In this document: in pieces, positions 52,067-61,984 of the stretch
Position numbering within the stretch: the stretch's first letter is position 1
Layout of the letters: each line of letters starts with the position of its first letter
Source of the DNA: an uncultured Spirochaetota bacterium
GTDB taxonomy: Bacteria > Spirochaetota > Spirochaetia > SZUA-6 > Fen-1364
Direction: 5' to 3'
Assembly (NCBI GenBank): GCA_963745235.1
Contig: CAVUXE010000048.1
Location: 46,908 to 110,907, forward strand
DNA: 64,000 nucleotides
Notes under the pieces: generated by a model
Seen by the model: the letters and a program-made list of their open reading frames with translations, nothing else
Database searches by the model: none
Told to the model about the DNA's origin: nothing
Translations under genes and position numbers: made by a program

Positions 52067-52801
52067 TTGCCGAATTGCTGTAGTTGGGGATTCCCCGGAG
52101 GAAGGACGGGAAATCGGGAACGGTGTTCTCTGTCGCGGAGGACCGTCCCCGACCCCCAAACCAACACAGTACTTATACTCGACAGTTCTGAGAAAGACTA
52201 TAGCCCCGCCGAAGTTTGGCGCCGGTGGCGGAGGCCTGCCCCTTCGCAGCGTTGCCCTGCCTGTGGGACTGAAGGCCAGTTCCATCGTCATGGCAGCTAT
52301 CACAAGTACCACTTCTTCGAACGGATCCGCGTCGTGCGGGTACGCTGTGGACACTGTCGGCGCACTCACGCGCTGATCCCCAGCTTCTCGTTGCCCGGAC
52401 TATCCATCGGCAGCGCGGAGGCCGAGCGCTACCTGGCCGCCCGGGAGGAGGGAGCGAGCCGCGGATGTGCCGCCGGGGAGCTTCTGGCCCGTGGCATGAG
52501 CCAGAGCTATCCCAAACGCTTGGAGCGAATGCTGGTCACGACGGTCACCCGTGGCAAGGCGCTGCTGGCTGCCCCGGGCAGAGAGCGGCTGCAAGGGCTA
52601 GCGTGGGTGCGTTCGGTTGTGGGCGATCTCGATCACCCCCTGGTAGAGCTGAATCGGTTCGGCCTGGCGCATGGGGTCAACGGAATGTGTTTGTGCCGCG
52701 CTTCGATCTTGCTTTTCTCCTCCTCGGTTCAAAGGAGGCGTGTTTCACATAACAAGGGCACTGCCCAGGAGGAGACTACCGCGGTAGCCTCAAGCCCATG
52801 A
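52067..52801 (+). CDS. DUF6431-like zinc-ribbon protein (start uncertain)
   Basis: CPACG...HRHGSY...RVRCGHCRRTHALIPSFSLP. Confidence 0.7.
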   Translation: MPNCCSWGFPGGRTGNRERCSLSRRTVPDPQTNTVLILDSSEKDYSPAEVWRRWRRPAPSQRCPACGTEGQFHRHGSYHKYHFFERIRVVRVRCGHCRRTHALIPSFSLPGLSIGSAEAERYLAAREEGASRGCAAGELLARGMSQSYPKRLERMLVTTVTRGKALLAAPGRERLQGLAWVRSVVGDLDHPLVELNRFGLAHGVNGMCLCRASILLFSSSVQRRRVSHNKGTAQEETTAVASSP

Positions 52802-52825
52802 GAAACGACGGCAAGGAGGCAGTGC

Positions 52826-54199
52826 ATGAATCACGAGGAGCGCGAAGTTCGGGCCAAGGAGATTGCAGCATTTCGCTACAGCCTGATCGCAGAGCTGGCC
52901 AACCCGTACCTCAAGCGTGAGGAGCTACGGGCGCTGATGCGCCAAAAAGCAGGGCGGGAGCATGAGATTCCCTTCCTGGGCAAGCGCACCTTGACGGAGA
53001 GCTGTCTGCGCAAGTGGCTGACAGCCTACAAGACTCGGGGTATGGAGGGGCTGACACCCACCCCCCGCCGAGACAGCGGCAGTTCCCGTGCGTTGACCCC
53101 ACAGGAGACAGCGCTTCTGGTCACGGAGCTTGAGACCAACCCGGAGCTCAACGCGACGGCCGCCTTGAAAAAGCTCCAAGCCCAAGGCCGCGTTCAGTCC
53201 CACCCTTCCAGTTCCTCCTTGTCGCGGCTTGTGCGCTCAACGGGGCTGGATCGCGAGAGGCGCTTACGAGTACACCAGGAGGAGCAGACACTTCCCTTCG
53301 AGTTCTTTGCCCCTCTGGAATGCGTGCAGGTCGATTGCATGTACACCGTGGACCTGCCTGACTCCAAAGGCAAGCTGCGCCAGGCGGTGCTTCTGGCATT
53401 CCTGGATGACGCCACGCGAAGGATTCTCTATGCCTGCTTCGGCTTCAGCGAGAATGCACTGGCCTTCGAGTGCGGCATCAAGCACGTGTTGGCCGCCCAC
53501 GGCAAGATCGGACGCTTATACACAGACAACGGCGCCGGGTTTGTTTCGCTGCAAACACGTCGCATCCTGGACATCCTGGGGATCGTGCTTGTGCACTCGC
53601 GTCCCTATACGCCCAAGGGACGGGGAAAGATCGAGCGCTTCTTCCGAACCGTACGGCAACAGTTTCTCAGCACTCACTGTGAATCACTGGCCAGCCTACA
53701 GGACTTGGACGCGCGGTTTCATACCTGGCTGGAAAGTGAGTACCACCGAAGCCCTCATCGCGGTCTGGGCGGCAGGACTCCGCTGGAGCTGTGGCTGGAG
53801 AAGGCTCACCTGATCATTCCCATCGACCCAACGGTGAACCTTGACGAGTTGTTCAAGCACGAGGACATCCGTAAGGTGCACAAGGATTCCACCGTCACCC
53901 TCAACGGGGTGCTCTATGAGGTGGACTCCACTCTCATCGGCGAGCACATCCACCTGCGCTACGACGTCTCCATTCCTCCCCTGCGCCGCCGAGTCGTGGT
54001 CTTGCTTGACGGCACGCCCCGTGCAGATGCCCGCATCGTGGATACCTACGCCAATAGTCGCGTCCGACGCGCCTTCAACTCCGACCAGTTGGTTGTGGAA
54101 AAGCAACCCAGCCCGTCTCCACGACCATCCACCACCCCGGTGAGTGCCTCTTTGGCGGCCTCCCGACTACTCGATACCTCCAAGGAGCAGCATTCATGA
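52826..54199 (+). CDS. DDE (rve) transposase with Mu-like C-terminal domain
   Basis: AAFRYSLIA, QVD, FLDDATR, YTDNG, GRGKIERFFRT, YHRSPH, RKVHKDSTV. Confidence 0.92.
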   Translation: MNHEEREVRAKEIAAFRYSLIAELANPYLKREELRALMRQKAGREHEIPFLGKRTLTESCLRKWLTAYKTRGMEGLTPTPRRDSGSSRALTPQETALLVTELETNPELNATAALKKLQAQGRVQSHPSSSSLSRLVRSTGLDRERRLRVHQEEQTLPFEFFAPLECVQVDCMYTVDLPDSKGKLRQAVLLAFLDDATRRILYACFGFSENALAFECGIKHVLAAHGKIGRLYTDNGAGFVSLQTRRILDILGIVLVHSRPYTPKGRGKIERFFRTVRQQFLSTHCESLASLQDLDARFHTWLESEYHRSPHRGLGGRTPLELWLEKAHLIIPIDPTVNLDELFKHEDIRKVHKDSTVTLNGVLYEVDSTLIGEHIHLRYDVSIPPLRRRVVVLLDGTPRADARIVDTYANSRVRRAFNSDQLVVEKQPSPSPRPSTTPVSASLAASRLLDTSKEQHS

Positions 54200-54999
54200 A
54201 CTGGAAAGAGATGCTCAGCTACTACAGCCTGACTCAGTTGCCCTTCGGCAAGGAAATCCCCACCGAATCCCTGCAGCTTCTGCCCTCGGTGGAGAACAAT
54301 CTCGCTGCCGCCCGGCTTCTCGTCGACACGCACGGCATCGGAGTGATGGTCGGCAAATCGGGCACAGGCAAGAGCTGTCTCTTGCGCTTGCTGACCTCCC
54401 AGCTGCCCGCAGGTCTTTTCAAACCTCTGTACCTCTGCCACACCTCTGTGGGCATCCTGGAGTTCTACACCCACCTGTGCGCGCTTTTCGGTCTGTCCTC
54501 CTCCTGCCGCCGCGCAGTCATGTTCCGCGACATCCAAGCCCACATCCTCTCGATGAACAGTTCGCGCCACTTGCATCCGGTATTGCTCATCGATGAAGCT
54601 CACCTCTTGAGCAATGAGATTCTGGCTGAGATTCGACTGCTGACCAACTTCCACATCGACTCGCTCAACGCCCTGACGGTAATGCTCTGTGGAGCGGAGA
54701 CCCTCTCGTTGCGTTTCGGCCTGTCCATGTTGGAAGCCCTGGCAAACTCCATCACTGTGACCATTCCGCTGGAGGGACTCCCTCCTGAAGAGAGTATCAG
54801 TTTCATCGAGGGTCGCCTCAGCGCTTGTGGAGCACGGACGCCTCTGTTCACCAAGAATGCCCTCACCCTGGTCCATCAGGCTTCTGGCGGCATTCTTCGT
54901 ACCATCGGTACCATCGCCAACGCCGCGCTATTCAAGGCTTTTGTTGCCAAGAGCACTCAGGTGGAAGCCGAGCATGTACAGTCTGTGGTGCAACGATGA
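54196..54999 (+). CDS. ExeA/AAA_22-type transposition ATPase
   Basis: Walker A GKSGTGKS, Walker B LLIDEAH; ATGA-coupled to the transposase. Confidence 0.9.
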   Translation: MNWKEMLSYYSLTQLPFGKEIPTESLQLLPSVENNLAAARLLVDTHGIGVMVGKSGTGKSCLLRLLTSQLPAGLFKPLYLCHTSVGILEFYTHLCALFGLSSSCRRAVMFRDIQAHILSMNSSRHLHPVLLIDEAHLLSNEILAEIRLLTNFHIDSLNALTVMLCGAETLSLRFGLSMLEALANSITVTIPLEGLPPEESISFIEGRLSACGARTPLFTKNALTLVHQASGGILRTIGTIANAALFKAFVAKSTQVEAEHVQSVVQR

Positions 55000-55404
55000 G
55001 CCTTTTAAAGCGGGAGTTGTTCTCTGGAACGCGGCAAAAGAGGAGACGGGAACGTGAGAATCCCGCAGACCAGAGTGCGGCAGCTAACAACAGGGCAACC
55101 ATCAAGAAACTGGGTTGCCCGAAGGTTGTTCGCTTCAAGGGTGCAACGCTCTTTAGCGCCAAGTGGCGCTAAAACGGGGCGGACACCAGGAACGAATGGG
55201 CTACTCACGGAGCCTTGACGAGCAAGGAAACGGGGTATTGACGAAGGCAGAGCGAGCGCAGGTGTCGTTCCATCGCTGGCGGTGGCACTTCATTCCCCGG
55301 ATGGCTGATCAGGCGAGGGCCAAGCGCCGCAAGCGCAACGTTTGATGGTGACATAGGTCGGAGGTTTATCAAAAGGCATTACCGTGAAAGAAACAGTAGG
55401 GGTC

Positions 55405-55650
55405 GATTTTTGCCGCTACCCGCTACCTTGCTGAAAAATCTGCGCAAAACACAGGGATTTCGACAAAATGGAAGGTAGCGGAAGGGTAGCGGTAGCGGCA
55501 AAAATCCGCTACTGCCTTGTGTGATTGGCCCTGGGTAGCGCAATGCATCCGCTACCGCTACCTTTCCGCTACCCTTGAAATTTGAAAAACAGGCCCTTTT
55601 TCAAAGGAAATTGGATAGTACCCAAGAAAGGTAGCGGAGTAGCGGCTATT
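55405..55650. repeat. Symmetric array of 12 CCGCTAC/GTAGCGG iterons (origin-like)
   Basis: Forward at 55413, 55420, 55506, 55549, 55555, 55566; reverse at 55474, 55485, 55491, 55534 (one mismatch), 55630, 55638; A/T-rich spacers. Confidence 0.85.
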
Positions 55651-56661
55651 TTTCGGAGTGCAATATGCGAAAATTCGTAACTGTTCAGCTGGTCTGAAGG
55701 CAGTCAGTCAGGGTTAGGTCTTTTTCAAACGCATTCATGAGAGCGTCAATAACCGATAGGCCCTGCTTTCTGATCGTTGAGATATAACTTCGTATCCGAC
55801 AGAATGAGAGCGCTCCCCCATTGCTTCGGAATGCCCCGGATACTTTCTGCTGGACCCTCATCATTCTTATATCTCGTTCTGCCAAATTATTGTCGAAGTC
55901 AACTCTGAAATCGGTCATGTATCGCAGGGTCTCCTCGCGTAGTCGTTCAAGTCTTTCCAACAGATTGCGTGCTTTGCTGCGCTTGATCCGGCCCCGTTTT
56001 CCGGGGCTGTCTGCCCGATGAGGCGATGGGTTGGCTTTCATACCACTTGCGATGATCGCTTTGTAGCGGCTCTCATATTTGCGAATGTCGCAGAGGGGTA
56101 GTTTCTTCTTCCCTGTGCGTTTTGCCTGCTCCACAGTTTGCTTGCTCTCCAGAAGAAGGCCGATCATTTGTTGCGCCCACACTTGGCCACCCGGTTCATA
56201 GACCGCCGTGAGTTCTCGAATGTGATGTGCGTTGCACAGCGAATGCGAGCACCTATATTTCATGTAGGGTTTCCAATTATCATGAACCGCGTTGCCTTTC
56301 AGCCGCGGCAGAATCCCAATCTGATCTGTGGCAGCGCTACCACGCCTCTGATGAGGATAGTAGTAGGTGAACTCCTGAGTGCCCGCCCCGTGCAGCCAGT
56401 GCAGTTTGCCGTTGATGCTCAAGCCGGTCTCATCAAAGTGCACCACTTTCGCCTGAATCAGTTTCTCCTTGATCTGCTCCACAACACCCTGGACTCGTTG
56501 CGCACACCGCCGATCGATACTGGCCAGCGTGCCAACGCTGAGGGGAATGGCGAACAGATCAGCGAAGGCTTGGGCGGCTCGATCGTAGGAAAGAAATCCA
56601 TAGTTTTTTAGATACACTGCAAATGCCTTCAGCCGTGGACCGTACTGTGCTTTGTGACTTA

Positions 56662-57952
56662 GGATCCGACACAAAATAAACGCTTCAAGTTATGGAGACG
56701 TGGGAAGAATGGTGTAATTCCATTCGCCATGGAACTTTTCCTTCTTGATCTTGACGCGGCTCATTTCCTCGTCGGAGATCTTTCGCCCCACTGAGTATTT
56801 GCGGCGATCCAGTCTGCAAGTCACCTGCAAGCCCGTCGCGGTGGTCGTGTTCGCAATCAAGCGCACGATGGTTTCATAGTCCCTTAGGGGCTCCCCACGC
56901 CAGTTGGTGCTGATGAAAGAGAACAGCCGATGTTCCACCTTGTTCCACTTGCTTGTACCGGGCGGGAAATGGCAAACGCAGATCGCAAAGCGAAGCTCAT
57001 CAGCCAAGCGCTGAAGTTCCAGCTTCCACAGCCGAGCGTGGTACCCGTTGCTGCCGCCGCCATCGGCGGTGATCAAAAGCCGCTGGGCCCGTGGATACAG
57101 ACGGCGACCTTCCGCACGCCACCAGCCCCGAATCGAGGCGACGGCGAATTGTCCGGTATCATGGTCGGTACCGACCACAACGTGACCCCGGTTGCGCGCC
57201 AAGTCGTATATGCCGTAGGGATAGGCCCGCGGCACATCGGGATGGGGGAAATCGTGGCCTTGGACTCGCGGGGCTTCCCCCTTTCCGTGCCATTTGCGCC
57301 CGTCATTCTTGTAGTTTCCGACCAGTTCCTTCTTCTTGGTGTCCACCGATACCACCGGATTCCCGAGCCGCATCTCCCGTGACACCCGACCGTTGATATG
57401 CTCGAACTGTGCGTTACGGTCGGCGTGCTGGTTGCCCTCCTCCATCTTGCGGTTGCCTTGGAGACTATAGTTCAGCTCGTGCAGGGTGGCCCAAACCCAC
57501 CGATGGCTGGCCCCGTGACCCATGCCCTGCAGGGTGTCCGCCAACGTGCGAATGCTCTTGCACGTCCAGCGCAGCGGCGACATCGGATCTCCTCGGGACA
57601 ACGGTTCAACAAGGCGCTCCAGCTCCTGCACCACCGTCGGATCTACTGCGCTCACCTTCTTCCGTCCTCCCCCGGGGCGGCGGATTCTGCCCGGGGTCAC
57701 TGCCGGTCGTTGGCGGAGTTCTTGTTGTCCGCGAAGAATGGTCGAGCGAGCCAAACCGGTGATGCGTGACACCTCGGAAATACCCCCGTGCCCAAGCGCT
57801 TCCGCTTCCGTTGCCGCGAATAGGCGCAGGGCTCGTTCGTCAAGCGTCGAGGCCAATCGCTGAAATCGGAATCGAATACTCGCTTCGGGCGTCACTCCCA
57901 GAGTATACACGACTTCTAATGCTATGTGTAGCGTTTATTTTGTGTCGAATCC
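56662..57952 (-). mobile_element. ISAzo13-family insertion sequence
   Basis: 23-bp IR GGATCCGACACAAAATAAACGCT (22/23 match), 3-bp TSD TTA at 56659-56661 and 57953-57955. Confidence 0.93.
56690..57910 (-). CDS. ISAzo13 transposase
   Basis: GDPMSPLRWTCKS, SVDTKKKELVG, ITADGGGSNG, PPGTSKWNKVEHRLFS, FHGEWNY. Confidence 0.94.
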   Translation of the reverse strand: MYTLGVTPEASIRFRFQRLASTLDERALRLFAATEAEALGHGGISEVSRITGLARSTILRGQQELRQRPAVTPGRIRRPGGGRKKVSAVDPTVVQELERLVEPLSRGDPMSPLRWTCKSIRTLADTLQGMGHGASHRWVWATLHELNYSLQGNRKMEEGNQHADRNAQFEHINGRVSREMRLGNPVVSVDTKKKELVGNYKNDGRKWHGKGEAPRVQGHDFPHPDVPRAYPYGIYDLARNRGHVVVGTDHDTGQFAVASIRGWWRAEGRRLYPRAQRLLITADGGGSNGYHARLWKLELQRLADELRFAICVCHFPPGTSKWNKVEHRLFSFISTNWRGEPLRDYETIVRLIANTTTATGLQVTCRLDRRKYSVGRKISDEEMSRVKIKKEKFHGEWNYTILPTSP

Positions 57953-58529
57953 TTACCCCGAGTGGGAACACCGCTACCGAAAGCTCGTGGCAGTGGGGGC
58001 AGCGCTTGATCTGGGCACGGTGTTCGGTCACATCCACGGCGATGGGCGGAATATCGAAGACTTGTCGTGACTCATACCCTCGCGGCTTTTGCTGTTGCAG
58101 CGACTTGCCGCATCCCTGGCACACTTTGACTTCATGAATCATCACCTGCTGCGGGTGTTCGACCATGGACAACGTTGTTCCCTCGTGCCCTTGCTGACCG
58201 CCAGGTTTTTTCCCGCTGGATTCTCGTCTCGTATGAATCCGTCGATGCAAGCCATCACTGGAGGGAGGCTTATCGCTGTTATGACTGTCCTTGCTGTTCT
58301 TCTCCTCCAGCGCTTTGATTCTTTGCGTTAACCTCTTGATCTGGTCTACCACCTGGTCGATGGTGTTGTCGTGCTGATCCTGTAGATACTCGATGAGAGA
58401 AACGATAGCCTCAGGGCCTGCCTTGTATGCATTCAGAATTTGCTCGCGAGAGCTGAACAGTTACGAAAATTCAAGAGCTGTCCATGTCCGGCGTGAGCAG
58501 GGCCGGCTGGTGGTCCGCTAAGACATCCT

Positions 58530-58972
58530 TCCAGATCATCGTAGGACAGTCTGTCAGCCAGCTCTTCAAACCTCTTTTTCGAATGAGTAAACTCAACCCT
58601 TCCGAACTCACCGCAGTCAACGATACCGCTGGCGCCGGATGACATGAGGGTGATGTACTGAGTTGGAGCCTGGGAGATGATCCCTAGTTCGCTGAGCACG
58701 GTTTCCTGAGATATGTAGTTGAAGTAGCCTGCCCGGAGCTTCGCTGCGATGTGATACAACTCATACCCAGTTCGTGGGGTGTCCGCGAGCAGGTATATTC
58801 CGCGACACGCTCGTGCGAGAACCCCGGTATCTACAGCTCGCAAGAGAACCATCTTGAGGGCGGGTCGATCAAGATCCGGTAACAGCGATCCGAGGTCTGC
58901 GACTGAGAAAAGATAATGCTCAGGAGACTGTATCGACCGAATAGACCGCTCCAGTGTCCTCACCGGCTGCAT
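58530..58972 (-). pseudogene. AbiEi-family (type IV TA) antitoxin, 3'-truncated
   Basis: RACRGIY, IAAKLR..FNYISQETVLSELGIISQ, MSSG, GRVEFTH; family-like sequence stops at RLSYDD; no abiEii partner next to it. Confidence 0.7.
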
Positions 58973-59122
58973 AACAATACCCGAAGAAAGTATAGAGCCC
59001 AAAATCACATCGGTCAATATATAGTCACGAGTTACGTTCCTTTATCTATACTCTATTTTGGCCTCGGAAAACTGCAAACGGCCTTGTCGAATCAGTGCTT
59101 GCCCAGAACCGGTCGGTAAGCC

Positions 59123-59610
59123 TCAGACTTCGTTGTTTCCTGACGGCTGCTGGTAAAACAGCGACAGCTCCTGCTGCTCTTCTTCAGGGTTATTCTCGAT
59201 CTCCATGCGCTCGCGGTCCATCTCTGCCTCATGGACTTTTTTTTGAGATTTGTCGGCCAAGTAAGCACCGCTCCCCATCGAAAGGGCCGAAGCGACCATG
59301 GAGGCGAAGCCGCTCAAAAGTACGAACGCGCTGCTGACGTGGGTAGCGCCGGCCACGCCGCTCACGACGCCGAATGCCGCGCCAAGGCCGTCGTTGATGC
59401 CGTGAATCGCCTGGTCGATCCAGCCGCCGCCGCGCATGCGTCGCTCCTTGCCGAGAATGCCTTCGAGCTTGTGCAGCGGAGGCGTGCTTTCAGCGCCCAG
59501 CTTCTTCAGTACCCGATCGTACGCGCGCTCCATCGTGCCGATCTCTTCGAAGGCAAGCCGGTCCTCTTCCGTCGGAGAGAGGGCCGCCAGCGTCTCATCG
59601 CAACGGATTG
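59123..59610 (-). pseudogene. VIT1/CCC1 (rubrerythrin-associated) transporter fragment
   Basis: GINDGLGAAFGVVSGVAG, SALSMGSGAYLA.KSQ, EIENNPEEEQQEL; both ends missing. Confidence 0.75.
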
Positions 59611-59720
59611 TAAACGCCCCTTTATCTTGTCCTTCTATGGGATCACGAAAAACCAAGACTAGGGGCCGTTCCATGGACCAGCGACCCGGACGAACAACGT
59701 CTGGGCCGCCATAGGAGTGA

Positions 59721-60136
59721 AAGGAACTCGATGTAGTCTCTGTGATCGTGGCGGTCCTTGCACTCCCCGATGACCTTTCCACTGGCAACCTCCAACCCGG
59801 CAAACAGCGTCGTGATTCCGTGTTGACCGGGCTATGTGGCGCCGGGCCCTCTTTCTGGCCTTTCTGTCGCTTCTCGTCGCAGGGGTCAACGCCGCTCGGG
59901 CAGTATCGCCTCAAAGGCCAACAGCCCCCTGAGACGACGACGTGCAATACTTCGCCACTTCCCAGCAGCTACGGTTGTGCGCGAGGCGCCTTTTGTCAAC
60001 CGTGCCTGGCCCCTCCCGAGAACGCGATAGTTCTATTGTTGGATGAGAAATCCCAGATTCAAGCCTTGGAGCGTTCGCAGCCGTGCTTCCCTTGCGAAAA
60101 GGCATCCCGGAACGCCCAAGCCATGACTATCAGCGA
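59721..60136. pseudogene. IS630-family transposase remnants in two opposite orientations
   Basis: Plus 60006-60136: PENAIVL..DEKSQIQALER..HDYQR; minus 59721-59825: HGITTLFAGLEVASGKVIGECKDRH. Confidence 0.75.
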
Positions 60137-61050
60137 GAGGAGCCGAGTGCCGCTTCTTCGAGTGTAGCGATATCCTCGGGCGCTAATGAGAAATCGAAGG
60201 CACCAAGGGTATCCTCAAGCTGCTCGACGGTGCGGGTCCGACCAGGGGATTCACGTTCTTGTTTCGAATCCACTGAAGGCAAACTTGAGCCATTGACTTT
60301 TGATGTCTCTTCGCCACCGCACCGATTGTCTCCCGAGGCAAGGCAAGCGCTTCGGCGGAGAGCCGCATCCTGCGGGCAAGGCGATTCTTCGCGAGGCGCT
60401 CCGGCGTCAACCCTCCAGTCAAGAGCCCCTGCCCCAGTCCCCCGTAACCGACCACTGCCAGCCCCAGTTCGCGACAGGCCTCTACTGTCTCTTTGAGCTG
60501 AGCCGAGCGATAGACCAGGAGGCTGAACATGAGTTGGTTGGCGACTAGAGGGACGCCTTCCTCGCGCGCCACGTTCCAGGCGGCGTGAACCTGCTCGGCG
60601 TTGAAGTTGGAAACCCCGAGCGCCTGCAGTGTCCCCTCACGTATGGCTCGCGCGGCTCCCCGGATCCAGACTCGCGGCGACCTCGGATGAACCGGGCTGT
60701 GAATGAATGAGAGCGCACAACGCTCGGTGCCGAGGCGACGGTTGGAGCCGCGGGTGGCTCTCACGAATGCGCCCGACTTCCATCGCCAGAAGAGTGGGAA
60801 GGAACTTGGTTGCCACGAGGTTGTCCGAGGCAGCGAAGCCCAGGCGGCCGAGCCGCGCCTCAGAGCTACCAACCCCGTAACCTTCGGCCGTATCGAGGAA
60901 AGTGACACCGCGCTCGTGCGCCATCTTGTGGATCCCTATCAGCGTTTCGTCGGGGATAATTCGACCTGCCATCCATTCATCGAGGGGGGTATCACCCCAG
61001 AACATAGTTCCAATGCTCAGCGGCATCTTGAGTGCAAACAGATCTTGCAT
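60130..61050 (-). pseudogene. Aldo/keto reductase, multiply frameshifted
   Basis: IGTMFWG, FLDTAEGYG.GSSE, ATKF, LGVSNFN, NQL.FSLL, LGQGLLTG. Confidence 0.8.
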
Positions 61051-61759
61051 ACGCCTACGGGCTTTGCTTGCCCATTCGGTCCTTTCCTTGCTGCAGGAGG
61101 GATTGTAAGCACTCTATCCAGCTCATGTCGACATGGCGCGTAGAAAAGAGTATCGCCGGCGATACTCCGGCACCACCCGACGCCAGGCCACGAAACGCAA
61201 GGCAGGGAGTGCTATGCAAAATATCTCCAATTTTCCCTTGAGCCGACGGTTTGTCCGGGCGTCCTGCGTGGCACGCCACTTGGGGACCTTTGCCTGTCTC
61301 CTTCTAACGTCGTCTCAGAGTTTATCCCCAAGGCGCACTACAGCGACGCGGAAGGGGGGGGCGCTGTCCGGATGCCAGAGAAGGGCGAAATGATGCCCGA
61401 ATCGAAGTGGCAGAGTAGAACAGGCCGGAAATGAAAGAGCGAGGAAGCGAGCCGCGGGACGCGCACGTCCGCAAGCCGAGTATCGCCGGCAGTGCTCAGC
61501 GATGGAACGACGCCCAGGAAATAGCTGCAGTGTGAAAGAGAGGGTCCAAAGGGCAAAGAATGTTTCGTTTCTTCCTTCAGTTGGCCAAGCAACTGGCGTC
61601 GAGTGGATCGCGGCCTATCGCCGGTAAGCGAGAGGGTTGTAGCTCCAATCGGGCCCGGGGTCTCACGCCGAAAGGAGGTCCCGGTAGCAGGATCTTCACA
61701 AGACTGCGATGTTGGTCTACGTTAAGTCTTGGTATTCCTTGGAGCGATAGGAGTTCTTT

Positions 61760-61984
61760 GTGAATCATCGGCACCTCAATCACACCGATTTTACGCTCGC
61801 TGCAATCGATGACATCCTCTTGCGCGGGAAATACGCTGATTGGGTTGAGCTCCTTGATGCGATGGAACGCGACCCAACTGTCCGTGAAAAGATTCTTCGC
61901 ATTTGCGAAAGCGACGGTTCCCCACGCCCGAATCAGAGGTACATTCTGTGGAGAGAGTATGTCAAACAACGAGCTGCTTCCTGA
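61760..61984 (+). CDS. Small protein, putative antitoxin of the downstream nucleotidyltransferase
   Basis: 74 aa HRHLNH..TLAAIDDIL.RG...W; AGGAG RBS; overlaps the NTase start. Confidence 0.7.
   Translation: MNHRHLNHTDFTLAAIDDILLRGKYADWVELLDAMERDPTVREKILRICESDGSPRPNQRYILWREYVKQRAAS

Larger units (their letters stand above)
52028..55089 (+). mobile_element. Three-gene DDE transposon (DUF6431-like + transposase + AAA ATPase), 3062 bp
   Basis: TGT...ACA ends, 24-bp terminal IR with 19/24 matches, 5-bp TSD ACAGG at 52023-52027 and 55090-55094. Confidence 0.88.
55685..58451 (-). pseudogene. IS66 transposase split by insertion
   Basis: N-part NSDKPPSSD, KPGGQQGHEG, CQGCG, CPHC; C-part HFDETG, CNAHHIRE, FDNNLAERDIR; rejoins in frame as FPLGVSHKAQYGP. 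Confidence 0.9.
55677..58464 (-). mobile_element. IS66-family element (single-ORF type), interrupted by ISAzo13
   Basis: 14-bp perfect IR GTAACTGTTCAGCT/AGCTGAACAGTTAC; 8-bp TSD GAAAATTC at 55669-55676 and 58465-58472. Confidence 0.93.

Noticed and set aside
55405-55650. CRISPR array
   Set aside because: Repeats are 7-8 bp, in both orientations and irregularly spaced, with no unique spacers and no cas genes
61060-61750. Short ORFs between the AKR pseudogene and the TA pair
   Set aside because: No recognisable motif, RBS or consistent frame; probably decayed sequence
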